The notes beneath the pieces were generated by a model. That model did not search any database and had not been told where the DNA came from. It was given only the letters and a program-made list of their open reading frames with translations. DNA of 63,867 nucleotides, filler included, from Collodictyon triciliatum (taxonomy: Eukaryota), in the NCBI GenBank assembly GCA_043381765.1. It is 9 parts of 9 records of this genome, joined end to end, with 100 filler letters (N's around TTAATTAATTAA, not from the genome) between each part and the next. Parts side by side here need not be neighbours in the genome. Positions count along the whole stretch, not along the records: positions 24,888 to 33,079 come from JBHJMP010003539.1; positions 33,180 to 41,370 come from JBHJMP010003540.1; positions 41,471 to 49,659 come from JBHJMP010003541.1; 6 more parts are not named here. One strand, written 5' to 3'. Both the position numbers and the translations under genes were made by a program. Positions 29,698 to 41,601 of this stretch are shown piece by piece. The number at the start of each line of letters is the position of its first letter. Position 1 is the first letter of the stretch.

Positions 29698-32600
29698 ATG
29701 AGCCAGCTAGTCCAACCCGTGCGTGGAGATCGCAGTCTTACTCTCTGGGAGGAGATCCTGGAGAAGGCAAGCTCTGTTCCGACTACTCAGGAAGCCTACA
29801 ATCTTCTTTTCCTTGGTTTGAGTTCCCTTTGGTTATATACCGTCCTTTATATTTTTTTTGTGGGGGCCTCTTTGTTTTTTTATTTTATTTACTTCTCCAT
29901 CCTGAGTGATATATCCCACTCTTTCAAGATATCATGATGTATCCCTCTCTGAAATCCAGAAAAAAAAGTGGGAATAGTCCGTTTGTTTATGAAGTAACCT
30001 TACCGAGATGAAGTCCAAATATGCAAACTAAAGCTGGCAGAACATACGGGATTTTTTGATTATGTATTTCATCGCACACAAAGGGGATGATTCATGTGGG
30101 AAAAGTAGCATCATCGAAGGATTTGGAAAAAATCAGAGTCGCCTGCCTAGTGAATTAAGTGACTCTCTCGGAGATGGGTTGAACTACACTTATGTTGACG
30201 TAAAATCTTCGCAGAGTTATGGCTCAGGTATCCCTTAAGGGTTTTTTGAGGAGCTAGAATACACAGTTCATATGTACAAAAAATACTTTTCTGCCTCTCT
30301 TTCATTCTAATTTTTTTAATTTTGATAAATGGATTACAAAGGTCATCAACGATTATACTTTACTATTATTCCATCACTATTAGTCTCTGCTGTGAATATT
30401 TTCAAAAATGAGACTTTAAAATTCATGACATTTCTTTATCAAAGACCTATCCGTCAGGTTGAATATATGGGAGCTTGGTGGGAAAAAGGATTTCTCAAAT
30501 TTGCTAAAGTATGGTCTGAACGAAAAAACTATATACTCTTCAATCGTGGTGATTGTTCTGGATCTTTCGAAACCCTGGACTTTACTAGAATCTCTTGTAT
30601 GCACGCCTATTTTTCTTTTTCTTTTTGGTCTAACAATTAGTTTATCTCTGATACCCAATCATACACCGTCATAGCATATGCTTATCATATACGCTGTATA
30701 TAAAACATTGTAAATGAATTATTTTGAGTGCTTAAACAAAGGTGACCTATTTTACGTCTCTTTAGAACCGATGGGTGAGAGTGGTGCAGCAACGGGTAAA
30801 GCATCTAACCGAAAAAACATCTTCTGTATCATTTGAGAGGCTCAAGGCATTTAGTAAGTCAACATCCATATATCCTATACTAAATTCCATAATGTTACAT
30901 GCTTGAATATCATTCTCATTTAAAATTCTTTATGCAATTTTTTTTATACGCGAAACCAGCATCAATCATCATCGAAAAGTCAAAAATACACTTCAATACA
31001 CAAGCTGATTCTAATCCAGAGCTCTCAACCGCTATTCCGGTTCGGATGAAGCCTAATTTTTACTTTACTTTTTTTCTTTTTCTTTTTTGAGAAATGTCTC
31101 TTTCCATAATTTTTTTTAATAGTGTTTAAGGAAATCTTTTAACATTGCAGGCAGCTCCGATCGACGTCGGTATTGGTGTTCCGATTATTATAGTGGGAAA
31201 CAAGGTTTTTAAATCGATATTTTTATATTATTTTTTAATATATATGTCATTAAATAACATTTGAAGGTGAAAGATGATTAATTTTCCTGAATGTATTCAA
31301 CCCTTAAACTATACAAATAGATGGTTTAAAGCTTAATTGAAATCTTTAGGCTGATGTAATTCCAAAACTTGAAGTCCGAGGGACTAACCATCACCTTTAT
31401 TGGGGTTTTATTCAAAAGCACCTTCGGCTTGCCTGCATTAAACGTATAATATGATCTTATTTGAAGCATTCATCTGTTAGTGTGAATCTGCCGACGTCCT
31501 TTCAGCTTATTCTTATTCTTTCTCTCTTCCTGTGGTACATGTCTTCTATCTGAGTAAATTGAAGTGTACTGATTATAATGAGCTTTTTTTCTTTTTGCCT
31601 CATAAATAATCATATGTATTGACGATTATTTTATAGTCAGCGGAGCTATGTTTTTTGTATCTGGCTCGAAAAAGCAGAATACTGATAAGCTTCGTCAGTA
31701 CATCGAGTTCCTCCTATATGGGTCACCATTCTCTGTTCCTGTAGATGCATCCGAACTGGATACATTCTTTGGTAATCTTCGAATAAGCCTTGTATGATTG
31801 TAATCACACTTTTAAGTGCCCATCATTTTTCTCTGAATCTTTTCTATGTTTACCACAGTTCCATTCGGCTGGGATGATGAACAGCTTGTCAACGTAGACA
31901 GTACAGGAGAGTCCATCGACCATCAGCAACCATTTGATAGTGTCGTTCAAAGACCATTACCATCACGCCCAGAGGTTAGTAACTCGAGGTTAAGTAGATA
32001 ATTGCCATTTTGAATTGATGTTTATGTATATAAAAAAAACTCTTTATGCTTATATTACATTTTTATTCTGCTGAGCTTCATTCATCTACTATATACTTAT
32101 TAAACAACAAGAAGTGAATTCTCCCTCGAACTTCTCTGCACTTTTCACTAAAAATGTTCTTATTAGTTTAATAAAGTGAAATGCTTTGCCTTTGTGTAGG
32201 CATATCGCACGCGGATTCAGGCAGAGGACGACCAAGAGTTTATGAAGAGGCTCAATGAGGTATTCAATCCGATTACGTTCATATTTGCACATATACATTG
32301 GATGGTCGTGTATATAGAAATTTCTCGGGTATGAGAGGAAGTCACAAAAGGCTCACCAGAATCACATTCGACCATGACTTATTTAAGGAGCTAAATCGAA
32401 GAACTGAACAAGACCCAGAGTCAGCCAACAGACTGAAGGGGCTTGAATCGAGTGTAAGTGCATTGCAGAGTTCGCAATCATAAGACTGCATAAGAAAATA
32501 GATAACAGATAACAAAAATGAAACACAAATATATAATTGCTACATGAAGGAGCTACCCAAAGCCACACATTTCTCATCTCTTCTCTGCGATACTACCTCA

Positions 32601-32934
32601 ACCCCTGTCCGCCTCACATCCAAAAGCAACAGTTTATGAAATACGGATTCCATCACCACAGGGGCCGCTTTCTGCCCGGTCCCACACAGGCGCCACAGCA
32701 GGGCCGCACCCGCACGGAGAAAAGCAGGAGGAGATTCTACTCACGGCATTCTTCAATACCCTCCTCAACCAAGACCCAGGAAAGAAATCCGCAGACCAGC
32801 GCTCCATGAACCAGAGTGTGGAGATGCATCTGAACGTAATGAAGCAGGAGGTTGGCGTTCCGGTCATCACTCCGCACTCCTCCGCCCGCCGTGATGGCCA
32901 GGACCGCCCAGCCACGTCCGGGGCGTCCTCATAA
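29698..32934 (+). CDS. DYNC1LI: Cytoplasmic dynein light intermediate chain, multi-exon
   Basis: LWEEILEKAS...LLFLG|DDSCGKSSII; GLNYTYVDVK; LNIWELGG; IVLDLSKPWTLLESL; GVPIIIVGNK; FIQKHLRLAC; FFVPFGWDD; AEDDQEFMKRL; C-terminal LTAFFNTLL helix; stop at 32932-32934. Confidence 0.88.
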
Positions 32935-34389
32935 ATGCGGCACCTATAGAGCATTCTCTTCAACTTCTGCCGAACTCTTTTAAGAGAAGAAAGGAAAGGA
33001 AAGGAAAGGAAAGGAAAGGAAAGGAAAGGAAAGGAAAGGAAAGGAAAGGAAAGGAAAGGAAAGAAAAGAAAAGAAAAGANNNNNNNNNNNNNNNNNNNNN
33101 NNNNNNNNNNNNNNNNNNNNNNNTTAATTAATTAANNNNNNNNNNNNNNNNNNNNNNNNNNNNNNNNNNNNNNNNNNNNAAAAAAACAAAAAAAAAAAAA
33201 AAAAAAACAAAAAAAACAAAAAAAACAAAAAAAAAAACAAAAAAACAACAAAAAAAACAACAAAAAAAACTGTCACAAGCTTTTCTATTTAACACTTCAA
33301 CACACCTGAAAAAGCTGATATTCCACATAGAAGTCTGAGGCGCCGCCTTTCAAAGATGCACTGCTGTCAATAACGCGTCTCTTCCGTGCGTGGCAGTCTC
33401 CGCGAGAATATCTTTGTGAGTCTCTGTTCAACGCTGCTCTGTTTTGCGCTGCGCAGGCGATCACGAAAGCACGCAAGTGCAGAAGGAAAGAGAATAATAA
33501 AAAAAGAAGCTTTGTACTCCACATTTAGCCTCGCCAATGGTGCCCATATTTTCACAGTGTAGTAGACAATTTGTCACGCCTACTCGCGCACAACACTGGT
33601 TCGAGCCGATTCTGATACACAGCCACAAACATAGCCGAAAACATAGGCAAAGCGGAACAGAAAAGTGAGTTCAATCGTGGGGTGCGGTGCTCCGGTAGGC
33701 CAGTCCTATTCCCGCTGCAAAAAAAAAAAGACCAATTTTTTTTATATAATATGTGCTACATACATTTTTTGACTTTTGCGCTGTGAACCAGTACTACCCG
33801 CGACTTGCAATTGCGTGTTTCTGTTTGGTTAATGGTGTGGTGTGCAATCACTCTACCTAAAAAGGTGGTAATACAAGTCTATGACAGGATACCTGTATTT
33901 CCCTTCGTTTGTGTACCGAAATAATTTGTTTGCCAATCCGAAACTGGGTTGCTTAACCACATAAAATTTTGTTTGGTGATTACGCCTGGATATACCTATA
34001 TCTTGCTTTGACATGACATACAACTTCTGATGCACCAGCTTTAGTAAAGGGAAAGCAAACATTGTGATATGTTAGCCAATAGATACGTGTTTGCAGGCAA
34101 TATAAAACGCATTAAACTTTTGCCGATTCGCTCCCGTTCTTCTAAAAAAAAATCAATACATGGAATGAATAAACGAGCTATTTAAGTAATTGGTTCTTTT
34201 AAAAAAAATGAAATGGAATGTGTACAAAACCAACAATTCAGCGCATAACATTTCGAAAAATGATCATCGACACGATAACAACACAATTTCTTTAATTTAA
34301 CTCATGCAATAGACATGAAGCGAAATTATCTGGAATAATTTTAATTTAAGTTTTTTTTTTTTTTATTGATTCTTTTGCAGCCTTTTTGA

Positions 34390-37300
34390 ATGAAAGAACT
34401 TCATATTGGACTGCCTGTGATTATTCGAACTCCAGAGGGGTTGTGGATGGATGGAGTAATTGAAAAAATCGGACCTGATGAAATTCATTTATTGTGCCCA
34501 AACGGAGAGCGTAAGGTATACATTTTTCTTTAGCGAAACATATCTATTTTTGTATAATACGTTTTAGAAAACCAAAGTTAAATCAAATCTACTGAACAGT
34601 TTTTCTTATCATTTTGAAGGCAATACCTCCTATGGATTTGGATATATGGCCATATAATCCATTCTCAAATCGCTATGTGCATAACCTAAATGACCTTATA
34701 TTCCTCAATCTACCAGAAGTATGAAACAATTAGCAAAATAATTATGGAAAAAGTCTAGCTCAATCCATATAATCTTCAAATTAACTTTATTATACCCAAA
34801 GATATCAACGAACCTCATGCGACTGATTACAAAATCTCAAGACCTTCAACCAGTACCATTTTATATGCATTAATTATCTTAACTTGAATAAAAATTAATT
34901 ATTTCAACTGTTATTTATTATTTTATTCAATATTTAAATAAAAAAGATGAGGCTCGGTTCCCATAGTTATTGGTTACCGCACACCAAAGAGTCATCATTT
35001 TCAAATTTAAATCCTAATTTTATGCGCGAGTCAATATTGAAAGGTTTATCTAAAGGCTCACATATATGACGAATTGCCTATATTAGGGCTTAAAATTTAC
35101 TTTTAATAAAATAAAAATATTAAAACTAGGAATCAGCAAAACTATAGTGTTGGAAGGAATAAACTTCAACTTCATTTTCCAGATGGCATTCCAATTAATT
35201 GAATATACACACTCTATTGCTAGTATTGTAAGGTTTATTTTGCTAGTGAAAATCAAAGATATTCCTTAACCATGTTTTAAAAAGTTTGAAGGTTCAATTT
35301 TGAAAGATGTAAGCATGAAAGGTCTATGTTTACTTCAAAAGTTACTATCGACAAAAAACAAGGATAGAACTGTGTTTGAAGGAGTGAGTATGAAATACAA
35401 TTCAATAATTTATTTAAAAAAATCATATTGATTAAAATTTGCCATCGATATATACATATAGGCAGTAAAGATTCAAAACTTCATAGATTTGAGTGGAACC
35501 TTGTATTCCGCAAAATTTCATATTATTTGGATGAACAAGGTAATTTTTTAATTGGTATTATATTATGTATGCAAAATAATAACTTTATATCCAAAAGATT
35601 TCTATTTGGTGTCCTCTCGGGAAGAAATCATTTCCAGATATACTTTTGGAATTATCAGATGCTATCGAAAAAGATGAAAGGAAGTTTTCATCATGTAACA
35701 TTGATGACTGGATTCTTGGATTGAAAGTAATTACATTAATAAATAAATCATACTAATTTTTGAATTACTTTTCATTTAAAATAAAATATATTTCTTTATT
35801 AAATAAAAGTATGAGTCTAACTGATGATCGTGATAAAATTTTAATGTGGGTGGCCAGAACACGTTCACGGATTTTGAATTTCAAGAAAGCGATACTTTAT
35901 CAATAATTGATACAATGAAAGCAGTTTCCATATCAATATACTTGCATTTGAAAGGGTACAATCAAGATTGCATACTCATTTTATCGAACTTGATCCAAGT
36001 CAGTGCAGAGGTTGTAATGAATTGATAATCATCGATTGATAATATTGTATTTTTACTTCAATATCTTTTTAAAATTACTTTCATATAAAAATAGATAGTT
36101 GAGGCATTTTTTAAAAAAATATATGAAAGCCAAGATGAGTCCTCTTTGAGTTGGTTTATATCAAGTGAGATTAAAATAATTTTCAATCATATTTTTTTTA
36201 TCGAGCCACAAAAAAATCTGAATTATTCTGGAGAGAAAAATTTCATTATTTGATTCTAATGCTGGCATCCAGGAATGTATTCAAAATCCATTGAGCTTTA
36301 CGTTTTAGCCTTGAACCAAAAATTAGAGAGAAAACGCGTCGCTTCTATAGAGATAAATTTGATCCTTCGGAGTGAAGGGGTTAATTTTGGTAATTTTTTT
36401 TTCAAATATTCTGGCAATAACCTAAACTCAAATAGGTGAAAGAATACTCCCGTAAAGATATAGAGTACGGAATAGATGATTTTATACGGATGTATATTGA
36501 AGAAAATCTCCTGAAAATTCAATTGCTTACCTTGAAAAATGAGTTTATTGAGGACATGAAGCAGGTGAAAAGATTTCAATACATTTTTCGTATTCATCTG
36601 GTCTAAAGTTAAACTATAGGATGGAATAAGTGATATTTGCATGAAAAAATTCAAAGAAACCGTAAAGAAAAATGAGGAATCAATCAGATCTATGGAAGAT
36701 AATATGAAAAGGTAAGTTATTTTCAGTTACATTCCATTTACAGCTTTGAAGAATCCTTTTTTAGATATAATTAATTGTATAAACCAGGAAATTCGACTCG
36801 ACAACGTTTCAAATTACTCACTACTATGGAGATATCAAATATAAACTTGAATACCCAAAAGAAATGAGTCTACTTTCAAAGCTCCTTTGGAAGGAAAATA
36901 CATTAAACAATTCCATATCACAAGTTACTAGTGATGTAAATGTTTTATATTTAATGAATTAAACGATATATTGTTAAATATTGTTTATTTAGGTTTTACT
37001 TGATATTTTGGAATGTATGAACGGAACTTTTGTATACTTTATACATGAGATAGATGTTACTGCAGCATTTCAGGAAAGCTCCAGAAATTTTGAGTAAATA
37101 CGCAATTTTATGAAAACCAAATTCATCAATGAACAAGATTTTATTTAAACAATCAAAATAGAGTATTATTCAATCTACTAAAGAGAAGCAAGTTGGAGTT
37201 ATTTTTGGAAGCCAGAAATGGAATTTATTCGACCAGAATAAAATCAGATTTAATTGAAGAAATACCTTTGTTTCAGAGGATAAAAGACATAATTGTAATG

Positions 37301-38986
37301 AATTTCTTAAATAACAAAATAATATGAATTTTCAATAATCTTTGTACATGATTTTGAATTTTAAACTCTTATTTTTTTAATTTCAAGGAACCTAAAGATG
37401 GATCATTTATATCGTTTTTGAGTGGAAGGATTTATAAATACTTCACGGAAGATCAATTTGTGTCAATATGGGCAGATGTTTGCGTTTCAGATGAAATATT
37501 TTTACAGAATATTTTTTAAAAAAATTGAAATTTTACCTCACACTATCAAATTTTCAATATTTCTTCTAGGTGAATTGTAAAAACCATGGAGAATGTTTAG
37601 GTATTGCATATTTATTTATTGAAATTCAATTGTAGATAGAAACTCATATAACCAAAAAAATATTTCAGAAAATAGTACAGAAAGTCATTCATTCATCCGA
37701 GATTCCAAAAGATATCACCCAGGGGATACCATAACAGAAATCGATGTCTTGTTGTTCAAAATTTTATCAGGAAACTCTTCGGAAGAAGAAGATATTGTAT
37801 AAATTAAGATAAACCAATATGATAAAAACATCATAAAAAATTTCTTATTCATCAAATAAACAAAGGATAACTGCAAAAAAATGATAAGAGTATTCATGTC
37901 AATGTTATACCCTGGAAATTTGAACGACATGAAGCTCAATATTGATTTTACATTCAACTGGAACCGAGTGTATAGCGCAGTTTTGGTAACAATAAACCTC
38001 ATATGTTCCCATAAGTGATAATAAAAAATTAATCAATAATAATTACTCTATTAAATATTTACAAATTACACTTTATACAGGCATTAAAGAAATACCTATT
38101 GTATTTAAAGTCGAGAGGTGTATTTGAAAAATCAAAATCGCGCAACTTTGTTACTCTATTTACACTAAAGTCGAGCCCATCAAGAATTACCGCAGAATTT
38201 AGAAAATCAAAAGTTTTTTTTTTCAAAATTTTTAATTTTATTGAATTTTTGTAATTTTGTTTTGTGCAGGTGTGGAATACTCTGAATATTATCATAATAT
38301 CCAAGAGTTGTCCTTTACATGTCTTGAGGCACTCCGTCGACATTCTGTCTATGCTATGCGAGAATGACATTTTAAAGTAATTTTAGCTATCAAGAATTTT
38401 TATGGTTACTTTCTAATATAATTAATAGGACTAGAGAATTAAATGAGGGAGCAGGATACACTCCATTGATTATTCTATCACTCAAAATGTTGGGAATATC
38501 GAATGGCGTGAGTCAAATTTCCTTATATTGTTATCCAAATGAAGTATTCTAAGTTTTTAAATAGGTGACTTCTGCAAAAGTCATAAGATTAGCGAGCAAT
38601 GTTATTTCAAAGTGATGACTTTTTTTACTTTGACAATAGAAGTTAACTTTAACAATTTACTTATTTATTCGAATTATAGGAATAAAATCATTCTTCTTAA
38701 TATATAAATGGAGTCACACAGTAAAGTAGTTTTTCCATATAGAGTTACTGAGGCAGGATGCAAAGTTTCACCTTACCATAAAGATTTAAAAGAAATTTCA
38801 ATTTCTTTTCTATCTACTGGGTCTATCGTTTCAGAGATAGAGAGGGCCTACAAAAAAATTTTTTGTGAAGAAAAGACAGAATTAATGACAGAAATTTTAA
38901 GATTTTTAGGGGTCATAAATAGTATATATCATAATGATTTGGTAGAGTCAGATCTATTGAGGATTATTTTGGTGGTATGATTTGTA

Positions 38987-39020
<34 letters not shown>

Positions 39021-40335
39021 NNNNNNNNNNNNNNNNNNNNNNNNNNNNNNNNNNNNNNNNNNNNNNNNNNNNNNNNNNNNNNNNNNNNNNNNNNNNNNNN
39101 NNNNNNNNNNNNNNNNNNNNNNNNNNNNNNNNNNNNNNNNNNNNNNNNNNNNNNNNNNNNNNNNNNNNNNNNNNNNNNNNNNNNNNNNNNNNNNNNNNNN
39201 NNNNNNNNNNNNNNNNNNNNNNNNNNNNNNNNNNNNNNNNNNNNNNNNNNNNNNNNNNNNNNNNNNNNNNNNNNNNNNNNNNNNNNNNNNNNNNNNNNNN
39301 NNNNNNNNNNNNNNNNNNNNNNNNNNNNNNNNNNNNNNNNNNNNNNNNNNNNNNNNNNNNNNNNNNNNNNNNNNNNNNNNNNNNNNNNNNNNNNNNNNNN
39401 NNNNNNNNNNNNNNNNNNNNNNNNNNNNNNNNNNNNNNNNNNNNNNNNNNNNNNNNNNNNNNNNNNNNNNNNNNNNNNNNNNNNNNNNNNNNNNNNNNNN
39501 NNNNNNNNNNNNNNNNNNNNNNNNNNNNNNNNNNNNNNNNNNNNNNNNNNNNNNNNNNNNNNNNNNNNNNNNNNNNNNNNNNTTTTTTTTTAAACAATAA
39601 ATTGACCTAAAATTAAAGAAAATCATCCACGATATAATAAAAAAAATTTTCATTCAAAGATTAAAACCTTTTAGGCAGATAACCCTTGTAAAGATGATAT
39701 GATGAGATTCATAAAATCCTACAAAGATATTAGCGAATCTACGAGGCAAAGGTGTAGAAATTTACCTTACTGAAAATGAAACTAGGAATTAATCATGGTT
39801 CAGAATCGTGAATATATACCTTCCATTAAAAATTTTATGGTAAAAAAGTAATCAAGAAATGAACTTCTAAATTTGAACTTCTCGTAAATTAGATGGCGAA
39901 CAGTACTAGCCCAAGAAATTGACAGAGTCATTCACTGATTGGAGTAATAAAAATCATACACCCAAAAATTCTCTAAACTATAATTTAGACCATCTTTAAA
40001 TTTATATACATTATCTGAAAGATGAGTAATTTTCTGGAAATGAGCGAGACACTATCAAGAGACTATACCATTTGCTGTAATTACACACATTATCTTTTCT
40101 TTTCTATTTTTAAGCCCATTCAGAAGAAGCCCCTCAAATAATGAAAAAGTTGAATGTAATACTTCAGACAGCTGCGGCTGTTGCCCCAATCCAGGCCATA
40201 TTTGGGACTCTGCAACAGCTGCGTCGATGCAAAAACATTCTGGGCAGTGAAGCGAGGTCATTTGCTATGGACTATGTGGATAGCGCGCATATACTCACGC
40301 AAAGCAAGACTCAACAACCAGCCACCCATTCCTGA
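34390..40335 (+). CDS. Highly divergent myosin-head-like protein, very intron-rich and AT-rich; 3' end uncertain
   Basis: Exon order mirrors the myosin head: SH3-like MKELHIGLPVIIRTPEGLWMDGVIEK; VHNLNDLIFLNLPE|ISTNLMR (cf. DDLxxLxxLNEPxILxNL); ISKTIVLEG...MAFQLIEY; AVKIQNFIDLSGTLYSAKFHIIWMNK (cf. GKFIxIxFDxxGxIxGAxIxxYLLEK); LLDILECMNGTFVYFIHEID (cf. LxxTxPHFIRCI). Confidence 0.45.
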
Positions 40336-40770
40336 TAACAGGCTGAATGACATCACACAAATCTCTTTCCTCAATAGCTTTCTTCGCTACCTGCACGTTC
40401 TCTACTACTCAGACTCTGTGAGAGGAGACATATGGAAAGAAGCTGAGAAAGATATTTAACCTAGCCTTGTATCCCTCATGCAAGCACAAGACCCAGGCTA
40501 CAGGCCAAACCGCTGGATGCAATTCCTGATTACCGACTGCTTCTCCGCCACCCGGCCACCAAGTAGCGTCCATGCAAACGATGGCTAGCGAACCAAAGCC
40601 GACATCTCCATCGTCCTCGGTCTTGCACAAAATTGAAAGGAAAAATAAAAAAAAAGCATGAGATGATTCATGTTGAACAATATTCAATCACAAGACTAAG
40701 CGCGTTACAATTTCGACTTTGCCAACGAGATACAAAGTTTGCGTTTGGTGATGCATCGTCGCGATGCAAC

Positions 40771-40777
40771 AAAAAAA
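40771..40777 (-). terminator. Pol III oligo-T terminator of tRNA-Gly
   Basis: T7 run immediately 3' of the discriminator base on the minus strand. Confidence 0.8.
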
Positions 40778-40848
40778 TGCATTGTCCGGGAATCGAACCC
40801 GGGTCGACAGCTTGGAAGGCTATCATGCTGCCACTACACCAACAATGC
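40778..40848 (-). tRNA. tRNA-Gly (anticodon TCC)
   Basis: GCATTGTTGGTGTAGTGGCAGCATGATAGCCTTCCAAGCTGTCGACCCGGGTTCGATTCCCGGACAATGCA. Acceptor stem GCATTGT/ACAATGC, anticodon loop CTTCCAA, T-loop GTTCGATTC, no encoded CCA. Confidence 0.97.
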
Positions 40849-41130
40849 TTCCGTGATTGTTGGGATAGATTATATAATTTCAAATATTAACTTATTTTCC
40901 TTTCCTGCTTCATACTCCCTTTCGTCCGTTATGTTCATCAGCATGGATCAAGAAATCCCCGCAGTGTACGAGTCGAGCGATGATATCAGGAAGCCCAACA
41001 GCACTACGGGTAAGCAGTCTGATAAGCTTCAGAACTCATGGTACAAAACACGAGTTTGTCTTTTTTTTCTCTGTGTTCTTTTTTCTTCTTTTCTTTTCTT
41101 TTCTTTTCTTCCTCTTTCTTTCTTTTTCTC

Positions 41131-41370
41131 TTTGTTTGTTTGTTTGTTTGTTTGTTTGTTTGTTTGTTTGTTTGTTTGTTTGTTTGTTTGTTTGTTTGTT
41201 TGTTTGTTTGTTTGTTTGTTTGTTTGTTTGTTTGTTTGTTTGTTTGTTTGTTTTTTTGTTTGTTTGTTTGTTTGTTTGTTTGTTTGTTTGTTTGTTTGTT
41301 TGTTTGTTTGTTTGTTTGTTTGTTTGTTTGTTTGTTTGTTTGTTTGTTTGTTTGTTTGTTTGTTTGTTTG
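41131..41370. repeat. (TTTG)n microsatellite at contig end
   Basis: Direct reading. Most pieces end in simple repeats (CTTT, GAAAG/AAAAG, CTCTTTCTAT, TTTGTC, polyT). Confidence 0.95.
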
Positions 41371-41601
41371 NNNNNNNNNNNNNNNNNNNNNNNNNNNNNN
41401 NNNNNNNNNNNNNNTTAATTAATTAANNNNNNNNNNNNNNNNNNNNNNNNNNNNNNNNNNNNNNNNNNNNAAAGAAAAGAAAAGAAAAGAAAAGAAAAGA
41501 AAAGAAAAGAAAAGAAAAGAAAAGAAAAGAAAAGAAAAGAAAAGAAAAGAAAAGAAAAGAAAAGAAAAGAAAAGAAAGGTAAAGAAAAAGACACCAGGCA
41601 C

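Noticed and set aside
33540-33720. B-box-like GGTTCGAGCC (33598-33607) and U2-like GTGTAGTA in a GC-richer noncoding stretch
   Set aside because: I could not build a cloverleaf, an A-box with correct spacing, or the U2 5' stem context.
40752-40768. TGCATCG-TCG-CGATGCA hairpin downstream of tRNA-Gly
   Set aside because: It lies beyond the Pol III T-run and is a single 7-bp stem with no further support.
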